A stretch of DNA of 64,000 nt. Source: Squalus acanthias (lineage: Eukaryota). This document shows positions 50,167 to 60,787 of the stretch, one piece after another (position 1 is the first letter of the stretch; each line of letters opens with the position of its first letter). The stretch is from contig CM059432.1 in NCBI GenBank assembly GCA_030390025.1, positions 109,680,001-109,744,000 of the forward strand. Direction: 5' to 3'. The position numbers and the translations under genes are program-made. Below the pieces are notes generated by a model. It was not told the origin of the DNA and searched no databases. It saw nothing but the letters and a program-made list of their open reading frames with translations.

Positions 50167-51965
50167 ATGGCAACCACGGCAGGACTTTGGCGAAAGGGTT
50201 GTGAAGCAGTAAATGCTGGTTTTGAGGAGAGAACAAAAATGGAAGAGAGGATGTCATCCTATGTATATAAAAAAGTAAATATCACCAAGAAATGGGTCCT
50301 CAGGCTGTTGCATGCTGAACGTCCTATGGACGCTGCAGCTGCATGGACTGAGAGCAAGGAATAAAATAAGTCTGTGGAGAAACCAATATGGTTGGTCTGC
50401 TCCCAGAAACAAATGCAGCTTATGGGGAAGTGCATTCAGGCTCTCACAGAAGAGCTAAAGGAAGAAAGCCAACTGTCCCGTGCCAGAGCTATAGCAGGGG
50501 ATAGGTTGTTAGCAGAGCTAGACACAAAAGATCAGGAACAGTCACAGATACTGGAGGAACACCGTGCCAGTAAGGGATACCTCCAGTGTTAGGCCACCGA
50601 GGCCAAAAGTAGTGAACTGGCATTGCGGGAAGAGAACACCCGCCTTGCCAAGCAATTAAGGGAACTCACAGAGAAGTTAAACGATGTTCAGGCAGCCTAT
50701 AGAGTAGCCAGTACAAGGGAGTTTGAGGTAGGGGACTACGGCCCCCGTCAGAAGCAGATTGAGAGTCTGAACCTTGCTCTGTCCAAGACAAAAGGCATGC
50801 TGTGCCTGATAAGCTCGGGTGCGGCCCAGGCAGACCTGGAAGAGCAGGGGGAGACTGTTCGACCACCACCTGTGGCGCCAAGGAGAAGCTTGGTTAGGCA
50901 GCAGGAGGTGCAGACAATTTGTGAGGCTGACAGGGAGTGCACACCAGCACCTGTGGCGCCGAGTTTTGACTCGGTCTGGCAGCAGGGAGAGGGGGCGAAC
51001 CGATGCAGGAGAAGCCGGAGCCAGGGCCAATGTGCCCAGCACGACAGCAAAAATTCAGCCCGCCCGCCGGTGGTGGAGGTCAGGGACCCCTTGAAAGTAA
51101 ATTCCTGGCTCCCCACGGTACACAACAGCTTAGGGCTATGGTAAGCCACCTGAGTTAACTTACCCAAAAGGAAGACCCCTCAGTCCACTTCATGGAGGTG
51201 GAACAATCAGCAGCCATTAACGATTGTGACGATGCCGAAATGGCAAAATTGCTCCTGTTCTCATTAGATGGCAAATTGTACCAGTCACTCTCTACTGAGA
51301 GCAAGAGATGCTGCCGTAAGGGAGGAAGTATTAGAGGCCATGGGAATGAATGAGGGAAGTCCTTTCTCCCGGGTGGAGAAAACAGTGCAGCTCGCAGGGG
51401 AGACACCACAGGCTTTCGCAGACAGACTGTGGCCGGTGTACAGGGGTGTTTGTAATGGGGCTCTTGACAGGGCTAACCTGAACAGGGACAAGCTGGACCA
51501 TTGGCTCCGTAGCCTAGTGGCAAACAGCTTGCCACGAGTAAAAGCCAAGGCTGAGCTTTGGTTTGACCCAAGAGATCCCCGGGTCACCCAGGAGGCAGTG
51601 GTCAGGCAACTGACCCTAGCCTACCGGAACGGTAGGGGAGCTGAAGACACCCCAGCGAAAGGGAAGGTGCATGAGATAAAGCCCAGTCAGGATAAGGAGT
51701 GGCACCAGGAAGTTGGTAAAAATTCCGACACGAAGCGTAGCTGCTTCGGGTGCGGGAAGACTGGGCACTGGAGAAAGGATTGTAGGAATCCCTGGAAGGA
51801 TATGCTAACAAAGAATTCCCCAGCTACTGCCCCAAAAGTAGAGGCACGACCTCTTCCCCCACACTTGACACAATAGTGACGGCCATCAGAGTCCTGTTTG
51901 GTGCCCCAGGGAAGGTAGCTAGTGGTGCATTAATCCCATCTGCCCCCCCTAACGCAGACCTATGA
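50167..51965 (+). pseudogene. gag: Family-B gag
   Basis: MATTAGLW... to CFGCGKTGHWRKDC. Several stops and frameshifts. Confidence 0.87.
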
Positions 51966-53174
51966 CTGGAACCAGCGCAGCCTGCCTACCTGTGTTCCCC
52001 GGGATACGATGTTGAGAAGCGGGTGGTGATAGTGCAGGGGAGATGTTTGGTGGACACCGGAGCTGCCAGCATGGTGGTCCATTCGGCAGACCTGACCAAT
52101 TCACCCAGGGCTAACGGGGTCCCATACAGTTTAATGGGAATCACAGGGAACAAGCAGACTGGGGCAATGTCCGTACCTTTGGACATAGATTTAGGATCCC
52201 TCCATACCACGTGGGAGGGTAACCAAAAGGCCGACAAGTTGGCCAAGCAGGGGGCCAGGGAAGGAGAGTTATGGGATCCCTATAAAGCAGGTCCGGTAGC
52301 TGCAATCCGGGACAAAGGAGGCACACAGTGGGTAGCTTTGCCCCCGGACTTAAAGCAGGTCCAAGCCCAGAATCCCATCTTTAAGGCCGTCCTGGTAAAG
52401 AGAGAGAATGGGGAATCCCTAGAAGGTTCGTTCAGGGCAGAGGACGAGTTTTTTAAACAGAGTCACTGGCAAGCAGCCAGTAACCTGGGGAGCCAGCACC
52501 AGAAAAATCGGCTGCTGTTAGAACCCCAGAGAATCCACGGGTGGGAGATTGACCAGTGCAAACTGTTTAAACCTAAAAGGGAACAGTCGGCAAAGGTGGA
52601 CTGCCCCCAAGTTAGAAATCTTCAGCCAGCCGCAACTGTGGCAGACGCACAAGCTGCAGCGGGAGGGACAGTGTGTTGTCTCACAGGAGAGGTCACTCCA
52701 CCGATTATGTGGGACTCAAGCACACCCCCAGTGGCCAGAGCCCTAAGAAGGTCTCCCCGCACACCACAGCAAAGGCTACTGTGGCCACAGGTGTATCTGT
52801 TTAGAGGGTCCCACCCAAAGAGGGTTGCAACCCAAAGAAGAGCGCCCAAGAGCAGGGAGCATTCTAAAGTTGGGGATTCCCAGCCTACAGCCTCCAACAG
52901 TGAGGGTTTCACAGGAGAGGTAGTACTGGGAGAAGAGAGAGAGAAGGGTCCCCCGCCTGCAGCCTCAGGCTGGGAGGAGCCCACAGATATGAACGAGGGC
53001 GCTGCAGCCACACCAAAGGGAGTAGTGTGCTGCAGCACAGGACACAGCTGGGATGTTAAGTTACCCCCAGCGGTTTTGAGGAAGGCCTTCTGGGTCCGGC
53101 GGTACAGGCCGCAATACACCCAGGTGTACAAGCCATCCAGAGGCCACATAAGGCAGAGACTAAACAGGATTTAA
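51966..53174 (+). CDS. pol: In-frame mini-Pol (protease N-half, RNase H end, integrase tail)
   Basis: Open frame after the gag TGA. LVDTGA present; RT, RNase H core and integrase core absent. Confidence 0.7.
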   Translation: MEPAQPAYLCSPGYDVEKRVVIVQGRCLVDTGAASMVVHSADLTNSPRANGVPYSLMGITGNKQTGAMSVPLDIDLGSLHTTWEGNQKADKLAKQGAREGELWDPYKAGPVAAIRDKGGTQWVALPPDLKQVQAQNPIFKAVLVKRENGESLEGSFRAEDEFFKQSHWQAASNLGSQHQKNRLLLEPQRIHGWEIDQCKLFKPKREQSAKVDCPQVRNLQPAATVADAQAAAGGTVCCLTGEVTPPIMWDSSTPPVARALRRSPRTPQQRLLWPQVYLFRGSHPKRVATQRRAPKSREHSKVGDSQPTASNSEGFTGEVVLGEEREKGPPPAASGWEEPTDMNEGAAATPKGVVCCSTGHSWDVKLPPAVLRKAFWVRRYRPQYTQVYKPSRGHIRQRLNRI

Positions 53175-53375
53175 CCTGGCCGTCCGGAGATGGGCGGCAA
53201 ATGTACAGAATTTTCGGTTTTAAGTAATTGCAGTTTTAGTGGTTATGGGTTATCATTAGTTTAGTTGTTTGTAGAGTTTTTTTAAGTTTAAGGGCTTGAT
53301 TAATTATCCAGCCAGAGAACCTTTCTGGGACATGGATATATGTTTTGTGTGTGCCCCTACAGAAAGGACTTCGGA

Positions 53376-56050
53376 ATGACAAGGTTTCTGCTCCTGCTCG
53401 CCCTAGTAGGGGTGAGCATCAGTGACCGAGGTGACGTGGAGGACTCCCACATCTATGGGTGCTCAGGAGTGAGAACACCAGTCGTCACCGCAGTGGGTGG
53501 CGAGCGGGGAGTGGAGGAGCTCGCCATCTACTTCCACGAGGGAAGGTGGCCAGGGTGGCTGGGGTCCAACTCTACTAAATACTCCAACCAGCCCAGGTTC
53601 ACGTACAGGGAGGCCTCCCTCCCATGCCCCAGAATTCAGGTCGTTGCCACAAGGGTCAGTGTCACCGAGGGGAAGCGTGTGTGCCTTACCTGTAAGGGAC
53701 GAATTCCCCTGAATAGGTGGTGGTGGCTCAGGAAGCTGAGCAGGGACTCAGGGGACCATACAGCTGACTGGGAAAGATTAGGGATCGACACCCACCGGAC
53801 AATCACAGGGACCCAAGGAGGAGTGAGTGTTTGTTGGGATAAGTGGTGGGAGTCGGAACAGGGAGTCTATGTTTGTTTCACAGAATCCCCACAGTGCAGA
53901 TAGAGGCCATTTCGGCCCATCGAGCCTGCACCGACACATATCCCACCCTATCCCCGTAACCCCATGTATTTAATCCCCCTAACACTAAGGGTCAATTTAT
54001 CATAGCCAAATCAACCTAACCCGCACATCTTTGGACTGTGGGAGGAAACCGTAGCACCCGGAGGAAACCCACGCAGACACGGGAGAATGTGCAAACTCCA
54101 CACAGACAGTCACCCGAGGCCGGATTCAAACCCTGGTCCCTGGCGCTGTGAGGCAACAGTGCTAACCACTATGCCACCGTGTTGCCACCGTGTTGTATGT
54201 GGGGATCAGAGGAAGCCTGCCCCACAGGGGTATCCATCATCTTCTCCAGCCAATGGCAAGATGCCGGGGAGGGGATAGGGTGCGATTCTAGCCTGCATGG
54301 GTGCGTGGTCCCACACATTCCGGTCCCAGTTAATGCCACTGAACTCGTGGCACACACCCGAAACCCCCTACCCATGACCCAGGTACCGAAAACCCTGGAA
54401 GAAAAGTGCCCTACCACCACCAAGGGACCAGGGAATGGGTTAGTCCTAGTACCAACCGAAAAGGTACTATACCAGGGGGTACACTATGCAGTAGCTTCAG
54501 TAATATTAAACCTTACCGAGGTATACTTACCTGAGTGGTGTCCTAAGGAGACGGAGCAGCGGTACCAGGCCCAGCTAAAGGAAATGTTTAGGAAATTTTA
54601 CGAATTTGATTTTGCCAATATAGACAAAGTAGAGCTATACAGAATACACCCTGAGAACCCTATGGGCACGGGTAGACAAAGAAGGGGAGCCTGGAATGAT
54701 GTCTTCACTGCCTATAGTACAGGGTCCTCTGTAATAAATAGCCTGGATGACATGGAATTACAGACACAGATAAATGGTTTAAAAACCCAGTTAAGAAAGA
54801 TGCTGAAGGATGGGAACACAGTGGTAGGCTCAGAGCTACATGAGGACCAAGCTATGACAGTTCATTTAAAGGAAATTATTGCAGAATTGGAAAGGCATGC
54901 CAAAACAGTAAATGCACTCATACGGGAGGATAGGAATGCATCAGATCAGGCTGCACAGAATGAGGTGTGTGTGCTGTACGGGGCATGGTTGCTGGGCGAG
55001 GGCCGTAGCAACCTGGAGGATTTAAAGCAAGGTTTAGTCACCTCCTGGATCAGCAACAAGCACCTCGCAGCCCTCCACCCGTTTAGTAATTCGCTGAGCC
55101 CATGCCAATTTCGTCTAGCCTCTGAAGCCTACCCTGTCCCAATAGATTGTGGGTGTTCCAATCACACTATCATGGGGATAGTAGTGAGAATGCCGGTCAT
55201 GAGTGGGACAGCCCGACCCGTACCGGTATACAGGGTGGAGAACATTGGAGTCATTCAAGGGGGTGCGCACATCCGTTTTACAGCGGTCCCACCTTATATC
55301 ATAAGGTGGGAGCACGCCATGACAGCTTCTGACCTCTCCGGGTGCCGGAGCCGGGGTTCACATATAATACTGTGTCCCCAGCACTTGAACGCCTATTCCA
55401 AATCACAGTGCAGGTTTAAAGCTGCTGGCGCATGACCTATCAATTGTACCATGGAGGTGATGGCACATGGCCATGTTTCCCCACAGGTAGCATATATAGG
55501 GGGTGGGACATATTGTGTCACCACAGGTGCGTCCCACTACCAGCATGGACACTTCTGGTGTCCGGTAAGTGACAGCAGTTTCTGCTTTAAACCCGAGGCA
55601 GAAGTTCAAGTGGCCCAGGAACAGATTTTCCCCATTCCTGAACCCTCCACTGTTCACCTCACTGTAACAGAAAACATCACCAACCTGCAAAAGTATGTGA
55701 CTTACTTTGGATATAAAATTCCCCCTCTACCCGAACATCTTACCATCCTACTTAAAGCTGTAGAGATTTCACAAAAACATTTCTACACCCTGGAACAGAA
55801 AACAGTTGAAATAGGGGCAGAGATTTTGGATATAGTAGTTCCACCCTGGTGGGATATTTTCGAGAATATAGAGGTGCCGTCCTGGATCAGGATGGCTTCC
55901 CATCTTTTGGTGGTCTGCCAGCTCGGGATAGTTCTCTATCTGCTGTGTACAAAGTGCAGGGGAAGGGACGGGGAGCTCCGCTCCAGACACGAAGGGACTT
56001 GGGAAGTGCATCAAAATAAAGGCTATGGCCAGGGATGGAACGGACCTTGA
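53376..56050 (+). pseudogene. env: Family-B env, ~784 aa when the SINE is removed and TGA at 55433 is read as CGA
   Basis: Acceptor CCCTACAG ending at 53362, signal peptide, RQRR at 54674-54685, heptads, Cys-rich region, TM ~55887-55947. Confidence 0.88.
53877..54196 (-). mobile_element. HE1-like V-SINE in env
   Basis: Same site and structure as 9888-10207. Confidence 0.92.
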
Positions 56051-56332
56051 ATTTTGTTTTTTAATAAAAAAATTGTACGTGTGTTGTGTCATTTTTACGA
56101 TGTGTATGATGTGTTTTTTCTAAGCTGTGCAGGGGTGTCGGACCCTCTCCGTGCTTGGATGTGAAATAAAGATTGATTCTTACCTGTATGTACCTGAAAC
56201 ACCACTTTCAAAAGGGGAATGAATGTTTGGGCTTTTAGTTTAGGTAATACAGGGGAAGGTTGGTTTTCGAGGATCGGGAATTTTGCTCACCCTGTTAATG
56301 ATACTAATTCAATGTTAGTATCAAAGTGGGGG

Positions 56333-57523
56333 TGTCGGCTTCGCAAAATCCCCCAGAAACTCGAACAGAGCCCTAAAGGGAGTGATTTTTGGACTTTTCA
56401 TACAAACTTGGGATGATGGGGCCTAAGTGAAGTGATTTGATGTAAAAACCTAAAGATCAGGGAAGAAAAACCTGAGGAAAATGATTTTTTTGAATCTTAT
56501 TGTTGGGAGAGACATTTTTTCACAGACACAAGCTGCGAGGGGCGTGGCCGGTCAGTGAACAGATCAAGCTGTCTGGGAATTGTTTGAGACAAAGCAAAAC
56601 TCACAAACACATTCAAATATGGATCCCCAGGGACAAACAAGATGCTGGAAATCTAAAAACGATTCAATGACAATATAACTTCGATCACACAGTTTCATAG
56701 CCATTATCCCATCAAAAAACCAATCAACCAGGTATCCACAGAACAGATTTAAAAGCCCGCCAACAGAAGGACAATAGGGTGGAGATTTGGCACGTAGATA
56801 AGGCTGTGTTTAAATCAGAAAACGATTAACACTAAGCAAAAACCATCGGAACTGGCAAGCCTGCCAAAAACTAGGCAATTGGACTAAGCTAGGTTCATTT
56901 ACAATCAAAAAGGAATTTGTTTTAGTAAGGGGTTTTTGGGCGCTAAAAAGAAACAGTATAATTTGAGAGCCTGTGCTATAATTTCTCTCTCTTTCGGACT
57001 GACTGACGACGCGGACACAGCTCTCTCCCTGCTCCAGCAAAACTTACCACAAGCCACGAGGAAGAAGGCCAGAAGACCAGCATGCAAGAAGAAACCAGAG
57101 CGACTGCCTCAGTGATCATCAGACACCTCGCAGCAACAAGGGCCTTACGGAGTCCTTTTATACAAAAGACTCTAATATCCTGTCAAGGATTCGTTGGTGA
57201 GCATTATCCCTGATCTCCTGAAACCAGAAACCTAGCCAGATAGTGGGATCTTTGGGAGGGATAAGGTTTTGTTTGATATATTGTAATTTCCCTCGCTTGT
57301 ACCGTGTGTTCCCCGAATTTGTGTTTGAGTAATACGTGTGTTTCAAGTTTGTTACCTTTTTCTTTTAATAAAGTAAAATTCTTTCATCAGAACCTGTTTA
57401 CTGCAATTTTGTTCACAACCCCTAAATAAGCCCAAAGTCTAGGAACCGGAGGGGTGTTGGAGCGATTCGAACCGCTCACTGTGTCAGAAAGCGAAGGCTG
57501 ACCCCACTAAGATACCCCTTACA
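56333..57523 (+). repeat. Family-B 3' LTR (1191 bp)
   Basis: TGTCGGCTTCGC...CCCTTACA after PPT AAAGTGGGGG. AATAAA near 57367. Confidence 0.93.
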
Positions 57524-58028
57524 CTGCTCCCCTCTACATTGGGGAGACCAAACACAGATTGGTTGACCACTTTGCGGAACACTTCCGTTCAGTCCGTAAG
57601 CGTGACCCTGTGCTTCTGGTCGCCTGACACTTTAATTCTCTGCTCCACTCCCACTCTGACCTCTCCATTCTTGGCCTCTTACACTGTTCCAATGAAGCTC
57701 AACATAAGCTCGAGGAACAGCACCTCATCTTTCGATTAGGCACTTTACAGCTTTCCGGACTCAACATCGAGTTCAACAATTTCAGATCATAACCTCTGCC
57801 CCCATTTTTTCGGATGGCAGCTGTTGATGATTCTGCCATTCCCATTTACACCTCTTCCACACCCATCTTTTGTTAATTTACTTGTCCCATTACCATCTCT
57901 TTTTGCCATGCACCATCAGCCCTTTTGTCTTTTAATCTCTCCTTGCTTCCACCCTATCACAGATCTTTTCTTTTGTTCTTTCCTCTCCTTACCCCTTTCC
58001 CTGCCTCTGCACTTGCATAAAATATATT

Positions 58029-60734
58029 GGGCTCGATTTTGCCAGGCCCAAGGAGGCAGGATTGGAGGCGTGTGAGGTAGTAAAATCGCAAAAAATGGCA
58101 GGCGGTCCCGATCCCACCTCCATCCCGCCTCCAAGCAATTTTCCCAAAAGCGTGTTTTCTGACCCCGTTTCCATCCCGCCTCCAAGAGGCGGGATAGGCC
58201 CTTAAGGCCCTTAACAACCAGTTAAGTGCCTCTATAATCCCATTTTGAGAGGCCTTTCTGATTTTACCACTTTTCCCATGTCCTGCACGTCTCCTCTGGA
58301 ACACGCCAGTGAATCCTGGCGGCCTCACAAGTGGACTGCTTACTAACAGCTGCAGCTCCACCATTACAAAGGAGTTTTCAGCAATCATCATTTGCAGGTG
58401 GCAGAACTTTGTTGTCTCAGGTCTGGGGGAACTTTTAGCAGGCATACCCACTGTTGTGGAAGTTTGGAGCTTGACACCCATCTCCAGTGTGACCTCCTGG
58501 GAAACCCCTCTTGCCACCTTGAATGAGCGCTTCCTCAACTGAGGCATATACCAGAAGCATGGGAACCATTTATTTCCTTTCATCCTGGACATCAGATTCG
58601 GACGAAGACCAGCTGTGGCAGCAGCAGAACCATGAACAACAGCACCACCAACAGCAGCAGCAACAACAGGAGCGCCAAGCTGCTGCTCACCCACCTGAAG
58701 CTGCACAGGCCAGAAGCCGCCAGCACGTGACCACATTGCTGCCCGGGATGCAAGGGACGCACTCATCTTGGCCAGATTTGCTTAGCCTGCACAATCAAAC
58801 ACTTTTGCCTCGCACCTTCTTATCAGACCATCGACAATGGCCAAGAACCTACGGATTCCTATCACTCTGACCACCATACTGACAACTGCAAGTCGCCCTA
58901 AGCCCTCAATGTGGAAGTCCCATTCGCGAAATGACACACGCCACACCTGCAACAGTTTGCCATCAGAATTTTTTATGACAATAAACAACTGATGGCTTTT
59001 CAAAATTAAACACAACATTACACCCAAGTGACTACGGTAGCCAGCCTTACCATGGAGGTAGCCAGCCTTACCATGGAGGTAGCCATCCTTTCCAAGGAGG
59101 CTGCCATCCTTTCCGTGGTGATGCATTCATGCGCCAACGCCTCCACAAAGGCTCTGCTCATGTTAGCGATGGGCTCCTCCATTCGCTGCACACTCGCAGC
59201 GACCCTGGAGACAAAACCTGCCAGAGACTCCTGCACCTGTTCCTGGAGTTCCAGCACCGCTCTCCTTCTGGATGGACCCGGAGGCACAGATCGACATGCA
59301 GCGGAGCCGAGCTGGGAGCGTCCTCTCCACTGCGACGAGGACTCTCCACTGGTGTCCCTGTCTCCACCATCTGCTGATGCTCACTTGTGAGCTGTGATAC
59401 ACCAGGTGACAACTCTACTCTCTGTTCCGAAGGTCCCACCGAGGTGTGAGTGTCTGCGCTGGTGCAGGGTGCGCTGAATTCTGCTGATGGAGTGCCCTCA
59501 GAGGTTGCAGCTTCCTCTGAGGAGTCTGGAAGCTCAGGCTCTTCCTCCTGGACAGTGGGACGGGGGTTCTCGATGGTCCTGTGGAGGAGTAAAGGAAAGG
59601 GTTAGAGATGTGAGGTAAAGGTTGCATGCACATTGAATTGTACAGTTGATCATAAGTCAATCTGTTAGAGCATCAGAATCATTATCAGTCACTCATGCAA
59701 TGTCAATGAGAGAGATGCCAAACTGTTCTGTCACCAGCTTGCTGTGATGCGCCCGCGTGTCCGTCCCCCCACTTGGAAATCCTCCTCGATCCCGGCAATT
59801 TCCAGGGCCACCTCCTCCGAGGTGGTGAGCTGGGCTACTGAGGGTGGCCCTCCTCCTGTCCTCGCTCTTTCCCTCTTATTGTGGGCTCTCTTTTCCTGCA
59901 ATGAGGGACACAAGTGGAGTTTGAGTGAGAATGAAGGAGTGAGTATAGAGAATCCATAGCATAGATGCTTAGAAGGAGACAAAGGGCCCTCCCTGTGTGT
60001 TGTAAGTTGTTGTAATTGTTTCACAGTGATAGGGAGTGTGAGGGCTGCATGGTCGAATAGTTAAGTGAATGTGACCATAGAGAAAGAGGGAATGGGTAAG
60101 GGTGCAGGGATGTCAGTGTCAAGTGGGATGTGGAGGAAGAGGTTGGCAAAGCAGAGTGCTGGTGAGGAGAGGTGATGGGGATGAGATTGAGCGTGATGAG
60201 AAAGTCATACTCACTTTTCCTGTGCGGAGAAGGTCATGAAACCTCTTCCTGCACTGCAGCCAGGTTCTGCGGCACATAGAGATGGCATTGACCTCCTGGG
60301 CCACTTGCAGCCACACAGCTTTAGTCTGTTGTGGTGGCTTTTTTCTCCTTGAGGAAGGTAAGAGCACCTCCTTATTAGATCTTGCTCCCTGCACCAGAGC
60401 TTGGAGGGAGGGCTCATCAAAGCGAGGTGCACACTTTTGCTTGTTGGTGGACATGGTTGGTAAATGAAGTCCTTCATACAATGTCCAAAGCGTTTCCAGT
60501 CTCCAGAAGAAGCAAGGCTGCTTGCAGGCCTTAAATCCAGCAGCACTGATGACGTAATCGGAGGCGACTTTCACGATGGAAAGACTAACTGGGCCAGGGG
60601 TTCCCACACGCTGGAAATCAAGTGCCCAATTAGGGGGAAATCGCACTTTTTTCCCACTTCACATCGGAGTCGGGGTCCTGACACGAAAACCACCTGACAC
60701 GCCCCAGCCCGACCCCAATGGCAAAATCGAGCCC
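58029..60734 (+). mobile_element. H2-related Harbinger, internally deleted (transposase lost, Myb 5' exons retained on the minus strand)
   Basis: Perfect 16-bp [35 protein letters not shown] stub at 58559. Myb exon MSTNKQKCAPRFDEPSL...QCRKRFHDL at 60454-60215. Confidence 0.9.
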
Positions 60735-60787
60735 ATTATGTCTCTAATTTTTTTCAGTTCTGATGAAGGGTCATCGACCTGAAACGA

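Larger units (their letters stand above)
47834..57523 (+). mobile_element. Family-B non-autonomous provirus (gag, mini-pol, SINE-interrupted env)
   Basis: TSD CTGC at 47830-47833 and 57524-57527. Damaged 5' LTR (47834-48329 and 50148-50163), PBS 50168-50186, 3' LTR 56333-57523. Confidence 0.92.
47545..60786 (+). mobile_element. Penelope-like element 3' part (pieces 47545-47833, 57524-58028, 60735-60786)
   Basis: PLSAFRRDHSLR, C...CNTC, FTCTSFNLVYCI, then LYIGETK..L..HFAEH (GIY-YIG) split by the provirus. Pyrimidine-rich UTR and CTGATGA...GAAAC motif. Confidence 0.8.
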
